DNA of 64,000 bases from an uncultured Rikenella sp. Lineage in GTDB: Bacteria; Bacteroidota; Bacteroidia; Bacteroidales; VadinHA17. The first letter of the stretch is position 1. Every line of letters starts with the position of its first letter. The position numbers and the translations under genes were made by a program. The DNA lies in NCBI GenBank assembly GCA_964537135.1, contig CAZHZC010000011.1, positions 59,848 through 123,847 on the forward strand, written 5' to 3'. Shown here one piece after another: positions 52,604 to 61,600 of this stretch. The notes below the pieces were generated by a model. It made no database searches and was not told the origin of the DNA. It saw only the letters and a program-made list of their open reading frames with translations.

Positions 52604-54184
52604 ATGGAAGGCACCACAGACATAGTGCAGAGACCGCTACACCGTACCCTCTATCTTGCATCACTGGTACTGATTGTTGTCTCACTGCCGCTCTCAAGAT
52701 TCCTGCTTACCGTCGGTGAGCTGCTGCTGGTGGTAAACTGGCTGGCTGAGGGTAATCTGCGGGTCAGGTGTTCACGTCTGAGGAGTGACCGGGCCGCTCT
52801 CTTCCTCATGCTTATCTATGTGCTCAATATCATTGCTCTGCTCTGGTCTCATGACCGCCACTACGGGCTGATGAATGATCTGCTTCACAAGTTGCCTACC
52901 CTCTTCCTCCCACTGGTGGTGGCCACCACGCCGCCGCCCGACAGGAGGGAGGTGCGGCAGCTGATAATACTCTTTATCGGGTCGGTGCTGGCGGCCACCC
53001 TGGCGGGCCTCTCTCTCAGAATAGCCAATGCTAACCTCTTTTACCGTGAAGCCTCCCCCTTTATCCCGGGTATCTACCTGGGTATGATGCTGATCATTGC
53101 TGCCTCACTGCTCCTTGGCGGGGTCGTGCACCCTGCTGCCAGGGGGTGGCGCCGGTGGAGCGCCATCATCCTCTCGGCCTGGTTTATCTTCTTCATCTTC
53201 TACCTGAGAGCTCTCTCGGCAATAGCCTCGCTGGCGGTGGTGGTGCTGCTGCTGGTGATACGCCTGGCCGTCAGGTCACGAAGCATCACCCTGAAGATAG
53301 CTCTTCCCACCGTGACGGCCGCTATCCTGCTCACTCTCGCACTGATGGTGACAGGCCTCTGGAGCGAGGTAAACACCGTGAATGAGGTCCGTTTCGGCTC
53401 ATTACCACAGCAGACCCTGCGGGGGAATGAGTACTACCATGATACACTCAGCATTCTTACCGAGAATGGTAACTATGTCTACCTCTGCATAGCTGAGGGT
53501 GAGCTGAGGGAGGCATGGAATGAGAGGAGCAGCCTCGACTACGACGGTGAGGACCTTATGGGACAGGAGCTTAAGGGTATTCTTATCAGGTACCTGGCAT
53601 CGAAGGGACTGAAGAAGGAGAGGGAGGGTGTGGCGATGCTCGATGATGATGATATCAGAGCTATTGAACGTGGCATTGCCAACTGGCGCAATGTGAGACG
53701 GCCGGGCATAGTGGTGAGGCTACATGAGGAGCTGACAGGACTCTCCTACTGGCACCGCTCATCGGGTAGGGAGACCTCATGGGGCTCACTCTCCAAACGC
53801 CTCGACCTGTGGAGGGCGGCAGTGCACGCCTTCAAAAGGTATCCCCTCACAGGCTGGGGCACCGGAGGGGTGATGAGGGCGATGGAGTACGGCAAGGAGG
53901 GTACAGGGTCATCACTGTCTGACCTGAAGATGAACCCCCACAGCCAGTACCTCTACCTGCTGCTCAGCCAGGGGGTGGCCGGCATGATTATAACGATACT
54001 GCTCTATGTGGCCTTTGTAAGACGAAAGGAGCTGCACCGGTCGCTCCTCTTCACACTGTTCATAGTGACTTTCCTTGTCAATTTTGTGGGAAACAACTCC
54101 TTCGAGTCGCAGCCGGGACAGGAGCTCTTTATAGTGGTTACGGTGGCCATGGCTTACTTCCGCTCCTCAGCCAGTGAAGAGTGA
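52604..54184 (+). CDS. O-antigen ligase / polymerase family (Wzy_C) membrane protein
   Basis: 526 aa with ~10 TM helices, a large loop, and NPHSQYLYLLLSQGVAG typical of the O-antigen ligase domain. Confidence 0.7.
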   Translation: MEGTTDIVQRPLHRTLYLASLVLIVVSLPLSRFLLTVGELLLVVNWLAEGNLRVRCSRLRSDRAALFLMLIYVLNIIALLWSHDRHYGLMNDLLHKLPTLFLPLVVATTPPPDRREVRQLIILFIGSVLAATLAGLSLRIANANLFYREASPFIPGIYLGMMLIIAASLLLGGVVHPAARGWRRWSAIILSAWFIFFIFYLRALSAIASLAVVVLLLVIRLAVRSRSITLKIALPTVTAAILLTLALMVTGLWSEVNTVNEVRFGSLPQQTLRGNEYYHDTLSILTENGNYVYLCIAEGELREAWNERSSLDYDGEDLMGQELKGILIRYLASKGLKKEREGVAMLDDDDIRAIERGIANWRNVRRPGIVVRLHEELTGLSYWHRSSGRETSWGSLSKRLDLWRAAVHAFKRYPLTGWGTGGVMRAMEYGKEGTGSSLSDLKMNPHSQYLYLLLSQGVAGMIITILLYVAFVRRKELHRSLLFTLFIVTFLVNFVGNNSFESQPGQELFIVVTVAMAYFRSSASEE

Positions 54185-54296
54185 CTCCCAGGCTGACCAC
54201 TTGCCGTTGCCTACTGATACTACCCCTTACCTCACGCTATCCTCCCTGACGCTGCCCCCCCCCTCACACCTGACGGTGGTGATGACCTATAGTAAG

Positions 54297-54324
54297 GGCC
54301 GGGGTGCTCCCAGCATCCCCGGCC
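54297..54324. other. 8-bp GC hairpin (ggccgggg-N12-ccccggcc) in a convergent spacer
   Basis: Read directly. No U-tract on either strand. Confidence 0.5.
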
Positions 54325-54362
54325 CCTGAACCATTATGTGAGCAGAAAATTACTGCACTGCT

Positions 54363-54438
54363 CCGGCAGTTGCCACGACCGGCAGCTCTGTCACGACCGG
54401 CAGCTCTGTCACGACCGGCAGCTGTCACGACCGATAGC
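54363..54438. repeat. 16-18 nt tandem repeat x4 (ccggcagctctgtcacga)
   Basis: Units 54363-54378, 54379-54396, 54397-54414 and 54415-54430, plus a partial unit. Confidence 0.9.
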
Positions 54439-54457
54439 GGCTCCTTCTCTGCTCTTT

Positions 54458-54497
54458 TCTACTCTACTCTACTCTACTCTGTTCTGTTCTACTCTAA
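54458..54497. repeat. pentanucleotide repeat (tctac/tctgt) x8, ending on the pepC stop codon
   Basis: Units begin at 54458. The last unit, tctaa, contains the cta (TAG stop) at 54494-54496. Confidence 0.9.
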
Positions 54498-55693
54498 ATT
54501 CCCAGCTTGGACCTGATATCTGCCGGTACTGCATCTTTGTGTACCATGAAGAACAGTGTCTTGGCCTTTACATAGCTCTCTGACATGTTGAGGTATCCGC
54601 CATGCGGATTTCTGTCTGTACCCCATGAGTTCTTGGTTATGTAGTAGTTGGTACCGTTCTGGTCTTTCACTATACCCGTCAGGTGCATCAGGTGGTCATC
54701 AGTGGTGGTGAAGGTCTGGAAGCCCTCCTGGCGAAGCTCCTGTGTCACATTCAGCTCCTTGCCCGGCTTGTCAAACAGTCCGGGTATCGGTGCAGGCATG
54801 CCCTGCATCCCCTCAAAGCGTGCCCTGTCAGTTGTGGCCGCTGCGGGGTAGGTGGTGAGGTCAGGATTGATAGCCACACCGTTGGCATGAGAGAAGCCCC
54901 TCTCACTCACATCACCGTCCCATGCAACTGTGTATCCGGTGTTGAGCGCATTGTCTATGATACGCATGAACTCATCCAGCGGTACGTTATGGAACCGGCT
55001 GTACTCCCAGTTGTCAGGCACCTCAATCAGCCCCTCGGTGTAGAAGGGGAAGTGGGTGAAGGAGGTGATGGCAACATAGTCATCCATGTTGAGACCGAGG
55101 CTCGCAGCAAATGACTTGGGGGTATAGGTCTGACCTTTGTAGGTAAAGCTCTGTGGTACAGGACCAAGATAGATATCAAGAAGGGCATCAAGCACCTCTT
55201 CGGTCTCCTTGCTCCAGCGCCTCATCTTGACAGGTACGGTGGCAATGGCATCTATGTATGACTGCAGCTCACGGTGGTTATGTCCGGGTGAGTCGTAGTT
55301 GATACCTGAGTAGACCTCCTGAGGAACCATTCCTGACTCCCTGAAGACCCTCAGCCATGAGGGGGAGAGGCCTCCTTCACCAAGGTTACCCTTACCCTGA
55401 CGCAGGAAATTGTCAAAGAACCTGTTCTTGTATACGTTCCTTACGATAAACATCTCAGCAAGATCATACTCACCCTTACCCAGCCTGAGCAGCTCCGACT
55501 CAAAGAAAGAGGTGGTGGCAAAACACCAGCAGGTGCCGGTTGATGCCTGATTCTTCACCGGCGTGGCCGGAATTGATACTACAGTGGTAAATTTAAATCC
55601 TTCTGGCTCATCAGCAGCCTTCTTTGCCTTTTGGGCATTTAGAGGCATTGCAACAATGACCATCGCAGCCAGAAACAACATTGTCTTCTTCAT
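54494..55693 (-). CDS. pepC: C1-family cysteine peptidase (aminopeptidase C / bleomycin hydrolase-like) with a signal peptide
   Basis: NQASTGTCWCFA active-site Cys motif and an N-terminal signal MKKTMLFLAAMVIVAMPLNAQ. 399 aa. Confidence 0.85.
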   Translation of the reverse strand: MKKTMLFLAAMVIVAMPLNAQKAKKAADEPEGFKFTTVVSIPATPVKNQASTGTCWCFATTSFFESELLRLGKGEYDLAEMFIVRNVYKNRFFDNFLRQGKGNLGEGGLSPSWLRVFRESGMVPQEVYSGINYDSPGHNHRELQSYIDAIATVPVKMRRWSKETEEVLDALLDIYLGPVPQSFTYKGQTYTPKSFAASLGLNMDDYVAITSFTHFPFYTEGLIEVPDNWEYSRFHNVPLDEFMRIIDNALNTGYTVAWDGDVSERGFSHANGVAINPDLTTYPAAATTDRARFEGMQGMPAPIPGLFDKPGKELNVTQELRQEGFQTFTTTDDHLMHLTGIVKDQNGTNYYITKNSWGTDRNPHGGYLNMSESYVKAKTLFFMVHKDAVPADIRSKLGI

Positions 55694-55728
55694 AAGCTCT
55701 ATATTTTAAAGTGTTAATTCAGCAGAAC

Positions 55729-55736
55729 CAAAATTA
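55729..55736 (-). promoter_or_regulatory. -7 promoter box TAATTTTG upstream of pepC
   Basis: Exact TAnnTTTG on the minus strand, 36 nt upstream of the ATG at 55693. Confidence 0.45.
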
Positions 55737-55791
55737 TTTAAATATTTTGAATATGGAAATGTTTTTTAGCAGCGACAACTGATGGTGGTGG

Positions 55792-55973
55792 CAGGAACAG
55801 AAGCAGAAGGGGTGACAGGAACAGAAACAGAGTCAGGAACAGAAGCGGAGTCAGGAACAGAAGTTGAGGCTGAGACGCAGGCGGAAACAGCGGTAGAGGC
55901 ATGAACAGAAACAGAGGCAGAGACGTAGGCAGAAACAGAGGCAGAGACGTAGGCTGAAACAGAGGCAGAGGGG
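55792..55973. repeat. purine-rich compound tandem repeats (18-nt tcaggaacagaagnngag x2; 24-nt cagaaacagaggcagagacgtagg x2.8)
   Basis: 18-mers at 55833-55850 and 55851-55868. Identical 24-mers at 55906-55929 and 55930-55953, plus a partial unit abutting the yraN stop (55977). Confidence 0.85.
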
Positions 55974-55976
55974 CAC

Positions 55977-56339
55977 TCATAAGGTAGGATACCACGCACC
56001 CTCAATATGCTCTATCTCATAGTCGGCTCCGTCACATATAACGGTGATGATATCGAATCTCGCCTCCTTATCAATCCGGAAGGCACGCAGGTAGCTGGAG
56101 GCGGTATTGGTTATTGTGCGCTGCTTGGGTACGTTAACGGCCTCAGCGGGATGTACCGTATAGTCGGCTGAGCGTGTCTTGACCTCTATGAAGAGTATGT
56201 GACGGCTATCTTCTGCAATGATATCTATCTCGGTGCGTCCTGACCTCCAGTTGCGGTGCCTGACACTGTATCCCTTACGCCGGAGATAGCCGGCTGCAAG
56301 CTCCTCGCCCCTGCGGCCCACTGATCCGCTATCACTCAT
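55977..56339 (-). CDS. yraN: YraN-family (UPF0102) endonuclease-like protein
   Basis: GRRGEELAAGYLRRKGYSV...EIDIIA...FIEVKTR motifs. 120 aa. Confidence 0.85.
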   Translation of the reverse strand: MSDSGSVGRRGEELAAGYLRRKGYSVRHRNWRSGRTEIDIIAEDSRHILFIEVKTRSADYTVHPAEAVNVPKQRTITNTASSYLRAFRIDKEARFDIITVICDGADYEIEHIEGAWYPTL

Positions 56340-56340
56340 C

Positions 56341-56982
56341 CTACACCTCTATGATACGGTTTTTGATAGCATAGAGTATCAGGCTGGCAGTGTTCTTTGA
56401 CCCGGTCTTTGCCAGCAGGTTGGCACGGTGCTTATCTACTGTGCGCTTGCTGATGAACAGCTCATCAGCGATCTCATGGTTTGAGAGCCCCTCACAGATC
56501 TTAAGCAGTATCTCCTTCTCACGCTTTGAGAGGCTGGAGCTCTTCTCCTCCTGCTCACGGCCCTTCAGGCGCCTGATGACATGGTAGAGCAGCTCCTGTG
56601 AGAAGTAGTTGCCGCCACGGTGAACAGCCACAATGGCATCATGGACCTCAGTGATGTCGGAGTCTTTGAGCACAAATCCCGCCGCACCGGCATCGACCAT
56701 ACGGTAATAGTACTCCTCCTCACCATACATCGAGAGGGCAATAACCCTGGTTGACGGAAAGAGACAGGTGATTTGTGAGGTGGCCTCAACACCATCCATC
56801 CCCGGCATGCTGATATCCATCAGTACTATGTCGGCCGGACACGCCTCCAGCACCCTCAGAAGCTCATCCCCGTTGGAGGCCTCAGCCACCACGTCAAACC
56901 CGCTGTAGGCACTGAGAAGGATCTTCAGACCGTTACGGAACAGCTGGTGGTCATCAGCAATGGCTATTCTGATCTTTTCCAT
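56341..56982 (-). CDS. NarL/FixJ-type response regulator (receiver + LuxR HTH)
   Basis: Receiver VLMDISMPGMDG. HTH LSKREKEILLKICEGLSNHEIADELFISKRTVDKHRANLLAKTG. Confidence 0.9.
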   Translation of the reverse strand: MEKIRIAIADDHQLFRNGLKILLSAYSGFDVVAEASNGDELLRVLEACPADIVLMDISMPGMDGVEATSQITCLFPSTRVIALSMYGEEEYYYRMVDAGAAGFVLKDSDITEVHDAIVAVHRGGNYFSQELLYHVIRRLKGREQEEKSSSLSKREKEILLKICEGLSNHEIADELFISKRTVDKHRANLLAKTGSKNTASLILYAIKNRIIEV

Positions 56983-57040
56983 ATCTGAATGTAGTTATTA
57001 TCTTCATCGTCCTGCCGTTCAGCCTTCGCTCCGCCCCATT

Positions 57041-57209
57041 CACTTACTTACTCACTCACACACACTCTCTCTCTCTCCCTCCCTCCCTCTCTTGCTCCCC
57101 TCCCGTTCTCTCCCTCCCTCCCTCTCTTGCTCCCTCCCGTTCTCTCCCTCCCTCTCGTTCTCTCCCTCCCGTTCTCTCCCTCCCTCTCGTTCTGTCCCTC
57201 CCGTTCTCC
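57041..57209. repeat. CT-rich tandem repeats (tccctccc-gttctc / tccctccc-tctcgttctc) giving G3-tract arrays on the minus (sense) strand
   Basis: 18 C3+ tracts lie between 57077 and 57202. Canonical C3-N1-C3-N7-C3-N1-C3 blocks occur at 57097-57122, 57132-57152 and 57164-57184. Confidence 0.9.
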
Positions 57210-57220
57210 TGCGGCATCCG

Positions 57221-58174
57221 TTACCCTTCATGGGTCACCCTGAGCAGTGCGCTGGTACCCTTTCCGCGTGCACTCTCAATAACAAATACCCCGTCAACCG
57301 AGCGTACCCTGGTCTCCATATTGGGTATGCCCATCCCCTTGGCCTCCTCCGAGGAGAGGCTCTCCATGTCAAACCCGCGACCATTATCGAGGTACTGCAA
57401 TGTAATGAATTTTTGATGCCTTCGCAGCTCTATCTCTATACGTGATGCCCCGGAGTGCTTCATGCCATTGTTTATCAGCTCGCACGCAGCCCTGTAGATC
57501 ACCACCTCCTTATCGGTCTCAAACCGCTCACCCTCCATATTGGTACGGAACTCTATCAGTATGGTGCGCATCAGGTTCACCTTGGCAGTAAAGGCGCTGA
57601 TGGCACTGGCCACACCATGGTTGGTAAGCACATGGGGGCTCATGTTGTTGGAGAGCTCCTTGATAGTGTTGAGAGCCTCATTGACAACATGGTTGGTGTT
57701 ATGAAGTACCTCGCGGCCGGCGGCGTCGGTGACACTGCTGTTGAGTGCCGATAGTGACATCTTCACTGTTGAGAGGAGGGGACCGAGACCATCATGCAGA
57801 TCTTTGGCAAAACGCTTTTTCTCCGTCTCCTCGGTGTTGATGACAGCATTCAGCAGACGGCGCTCTGACCGGATACGGTCTGTCTCGGCACGCTTGAGCG
57901 AATAGAAGAGCTCCCTGATAAGAATCACACCGGTGATAATCATCACTGAGATGAGAACATTCATCCATTCGTCAACCATCATCAGCTCAAATGAGGGCTT
58001 GCCCTGAAAGAACTCAATAATCTGGATCAGGGTGCGTAATGCCATCAGAACAAAGGCGACAGAGAGCAGGATCCATGAGAGACGGTAACGGGTGATCTTC
58101 ATGAACCGGATAGCGATGCCGGCAGCAACTATCTGCAGCACAACTGATATAAACAGGGCTACAAGACGTACCAT
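57221..58174 (-). CDS. HisKA_3-type sensor histidine kinase (membrane, no large periplasmic domain)
   Basis: Three N-terminal TM helices. AKDLHDGLGPLLS phospho-His box. HATPase_c motifs NNGMKHSGA, DNGRGF, GMGIPNM. Confidence 0.9.
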   Translation of the reverse strand: MVRLVALFISVVLQIVAAGIAIRFMKITRYRLSWILLSVAFVLMALRTLIQIIEFFQGKPSFELMMVDEWMNVLISVMIITGVILIRELFYSLKRAETDRIRSERRLLNAVINTEETEKKRFAKDLHDGLGPLLSTVKMSLSALNSSVTDAAGREVLHNTNHVVNEALNTIKELSNNMSPHVLTNHGVASAISAFTAKVNLMRTILIEFRTNMEGERFETDKEVVIYRAACELINNGMKHSGASRIEIELRRHQKFITLQYLDNGRGFDMESLSSEEAKGMGIPNMETRVRSVDGVFVIESARGKGTSALLRVTHEG

Positions 58175-58198
58175 AAGGAATGATTAAATTGGTTTATA

Positions 58199-58206
58199 CA
58201 AATGTA
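58199..58206 (-). promoter_or_regulatory. -7 promoter box TACATTTG upstream of the histidine kinase gene
   Basis: Exact TAnnTTTG on the minus strand, 25 nt upstream of the ATG at 58174. Confidence 0.45.
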
Positions 58207-58215
58207 GGAGTTTAT

Positions 58216-58223
58216 TAACTTTG
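58216..58223 (+). promoter_or_regulatory. -7 promoter box TAACTTTG, divergent from the kinase promoter
   Basis: Exact TAnnTTTG, 18 nt upstream of the ATG at 58242 and 442 nt upstream of the TonB-dependent receptor ATG. Confidence 0.4.
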
Positions 58224-58241
58224 CCGCGAAAGAAGTGCCCT

Positions 58242-58493
58242 ATGAAAACAGTCTGTCATGATCAACCAGGCTTCTCCGGCTACCTGCCGGAGAGAGAGAG
58301 ATCACCCCTCTCTGTGAGCAGCAGACTCAATGACCCGGAGGTGAGAGAGGGTGTTGTTGATAAACCTCTCACCCGAAACTCTTATTATATGGAAGCTGTA
58401 ATACCCGACGAGCAACATGCCCTGAATATCTGTGTAATATCTGAATATCTGCAACAGCGCCATGAACTGTCGCAGCTGATGAAAATATCTTAA
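58242..58493 (+). CDS. hypothetical 83-aa ORF (may instead be part of a long structured leader)
   Basis: ATG downstream of a consensus -7 box. No recognisable domain or TM segment, and mixed third-position composition. The region also contains strong hairpins. Confidence 0.25.
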   Translation: MKTVCHDQPGFSGYLPERERSPLSVSSRLNDPEVREGVVDKPLTRNSYYMEAVIPDEQHALNICVISEYLQQRHELSQLMKIS

Positions 58494-58665
58494 GAACGGG
58501 TTCAAAAAATGTTGATAATTAGAAAATGAGAGTACCGGCTATTTGGCTCCATAAATGTAATTTTAACGTCCTGTCTGCGGACAGTGACCAGTACTTTTAA
58601 ACTATTTGAAACTGAGCGTGTTTTAAATGAATATTAACCAATACTTATTTTAATTAACTCAAACC

Positions 58666-61600
58666 ATGCGAAAATTAAAATTTACTTCCATCCTGTTATC
58701 CCTCCTTCTGGGGTCGGCTACCTTGTTGGGGCAGGTAACAACATCTTCTCTCGCCGGAAAGGTGACTGACAACAGCGGTGACGTTCTTGCGGGTGCTACT
58801 GTCCTTGCCGTTCATGTTCCCTCCGGTACGAGATATGGTGCTCTGGCCAATGCCCAGGGGCTCTTCTCTATCCAGGGGATGAGAACCGGTGGACCATATA
58901 CCGTCAGCGTGAGTTTTGTCGGCTACAAGACCATATCTTTTACAGACATCACTCTCTACCTGGGTGAGACATTCACCCTTAACCCATCCCTGGAGTCGAG
59001 CCTCACCGAGGTGACAGAGATTGTGGTGATAGGTGAGAAGCCGTCTAAGTTCAGCACCACAAAGACAGGTGCTACCACCAATATTTCCGGAGACCTGATG
59101 GTCAAGATGCCAACCATCAACCGCAGTATCAATGATATCTCACGTATCTCACCATACGGTACCGGTATGAGCTTTGCCGGCGGTGACGGACGCTCATCCA
59201 ACTTCACCGTTGACGGCTCAAACCTCAATAACAACTTCGGTCTTGCTGCCAACCTGCCCGGTGGCGGTAACCCTATCTCCCTCGATGCCATTGAGGAGGT
59301 ACAGGTTGTCATCGCACCGTTCGACGTGAGGCAGTCAAACTTTATCGGTGGCGGTATCAACGCCATCACCAAGTCGGGAACCAACACCCTGAAGGGTACT
59401 GCCTACACCTACCTTACCAACCAGAATATGCGCGGCAACAAGATAGGTGAGCATGACTTCGGCGATCGCGCCAAGGAGTCAAACCAGATCTACGGCTTCT
59501 CACTGGGCGGACCCATCATCAAGGATAAACTCTACTTCTTCGGTAACCTGGAGTATGAGAAGACCCCGAAGCAGGTGGTACGCTGGCGTGCATCAACAAA
59601 TGGTATTACTGACGGGCAGACCATCTCCCGTACTACCGAGGCTGACCTGAAGGCTGTATCCGATCACCTCAAGAATCAGTATGGCTATGAAACTGGCTCA
59701 TACTCAGACTTCCCTGCTGATGAGTCAAACCTGAAGTACCTGCTGCGCCTCGACTGGAACATCAATGAGGCCAATAAGCTGAGCGTACGCTTCAACCACA
59801 CCAAGAATGCCGCATGGAACGCTCCTAACGGCAACTCAACCGATGGCGGATACCGTGACCAGAGCAAGAACCGTGTATCACAGTGGTCAATGTCATACGC
59901 CAACTCGATGTACTCAATGGATAACGTCGTAAACTCAGGGTCAATTGAACTGAACAGCCGTATCAGCAAGGCGATGTCAAACCAGCTGCTTGGTACATAC
60001 TCCGATCTGCAGGACGTACGTGGTTCAACCTCATCACCCTTCCCGTTTATAGATATCATGAGCGGTGATATTGCCACCGGCGCCGATGCCCTTGCTCCCT
60101 ATATCTCGGCAGGGTATGAGCTCTTCACCTGGAACAATGGGGTGAAAAACAAGATTATCACCATCACTGACAACTTCACCTATTATGTTGATCAGCATAA
60201 ACTGACTGCCGGAGCCAGCTTCGAGTACCAGATGGCTGACAACAACTATATGCGCAGCGGCACAGGCTATTACCGCTATGCCAGCGTTAGCGACTTCCTG
60301 AGCGGCGCTGCTCCGGTTGACTTCGCACTTACCTACGGTACCAACGGTGAACTGGTACCTTCCAATGCTGTCGCATTCAACCAGATAGGTGCATATATAC
60401 AGGATGAGTGGAGCCCCACCAGGGATTTCAAGCTGACGGTGGGTATACGTGCTGACAACCTCACCTTTGTCAACGATATCATGACCAACAACGCCATCCT
60501 GAACCTCGACTTCGGAGGTCGCCATATCAATACCGGCAATTGGCCAACACCAAAGATGAACTACTCGCCGAGGGTAGGCTTCAGCTGGGATATTCATGGT
60601 GACAAGTCGCTGGTGCTTCGTGGTGGCACAGGGCTCTTTACCGGCAGGCTGCCACTGGTATTCTTCACCAACATGCCTTCCAATGCCGGTATGAACCAGA
60701 TTCTGATGAAGATTACCACCACCTTTGAGTCTGACGGTACGATAAGATCACGTGATGACAGGCTCGATCAGCTGGCCGGCGATATGATCACCGACGTTAA
60801 TCAGATGATAGAGAGGATGGGCTTCCAGACAGTGGTAACCCCCGCTGACGGCAGCGTGCCAAGCTCAATAGCAGGTGTAGACCCCTCATTCAGGATGCCG
60901 CAGGTATGGAAGAGCTCAGCAGCTGTTGACTATAAGGTGACTGCCGTTGAATTCCCGTTCAACCTGACTGCAGAGGGTATCTTCACGAAAAATATAAATG
61001 CCGTAAGGCTTGAGAACTATGCAGTGAAGAATCCGGGTGTGGGCTGGGAGCACTTCTCCGGTCCCGATAACCGCTACATCTTCCCGTCAGACTACCTCTA
61101 TACCTCGGTCAAGGATGCTGCCGTACTGGTGAATACCAACAAGGGGTATGGCTATACATTCAACCTGACAGCCAACCTGGAGCCGGTAAAGAATCTTGAT
61201 ATAATGGCTGCATATACCCATACCGAGATGAAAGAGCTGTCAGGTATGCCGGGCAGCAACGCCAACTCAGCATGGGTAGGCCTGATCACTGTTAACGGTC
61301 CGAACAACGCCACAGTACAGCGCTCACAGTATGTGGTGCCTGACAAGGTGATCGCATCGGTCTTCTATCGTATACCATATATGAACAATCATATGGCCAC
61401 CTCATTCGGTATATTCTATTCGGGTGCCACACCCTACGGAAATACCTTCCGCTACGCCAATGACATGAATGGTGACGGTGTGAACAATGACCTTATCTAC
61501 ATACCCAAGGGGAGAGGTGATATCAGCTTCGTAAGCCAGGCTGATGAGGATGCCTTCTTCAAGTTTGTGGAGCAGGATAACTATCTGAAAAAGCACAAGG

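Noticed and set aside
51832-52623. 263-aa minus-strand ORF covering nearly the whole FkbM gene
   Set aside because: The plus-strand frame carries diagnostic FkbM motifs (VGANDG, IDTEGYDYEILK). The minus-strand translation is Arg/Pro/Cys-rich with no motifs.
58302-58505. 67-aa minus-strand ORF in the kinase / TonB-dependent receptor spacer
   Set aside because: No promoter box or recognisable motif. It would run toward the kinase promoter and overlaps the plus-strand candidate ORF/leader, which at least has a consensus -7 box.
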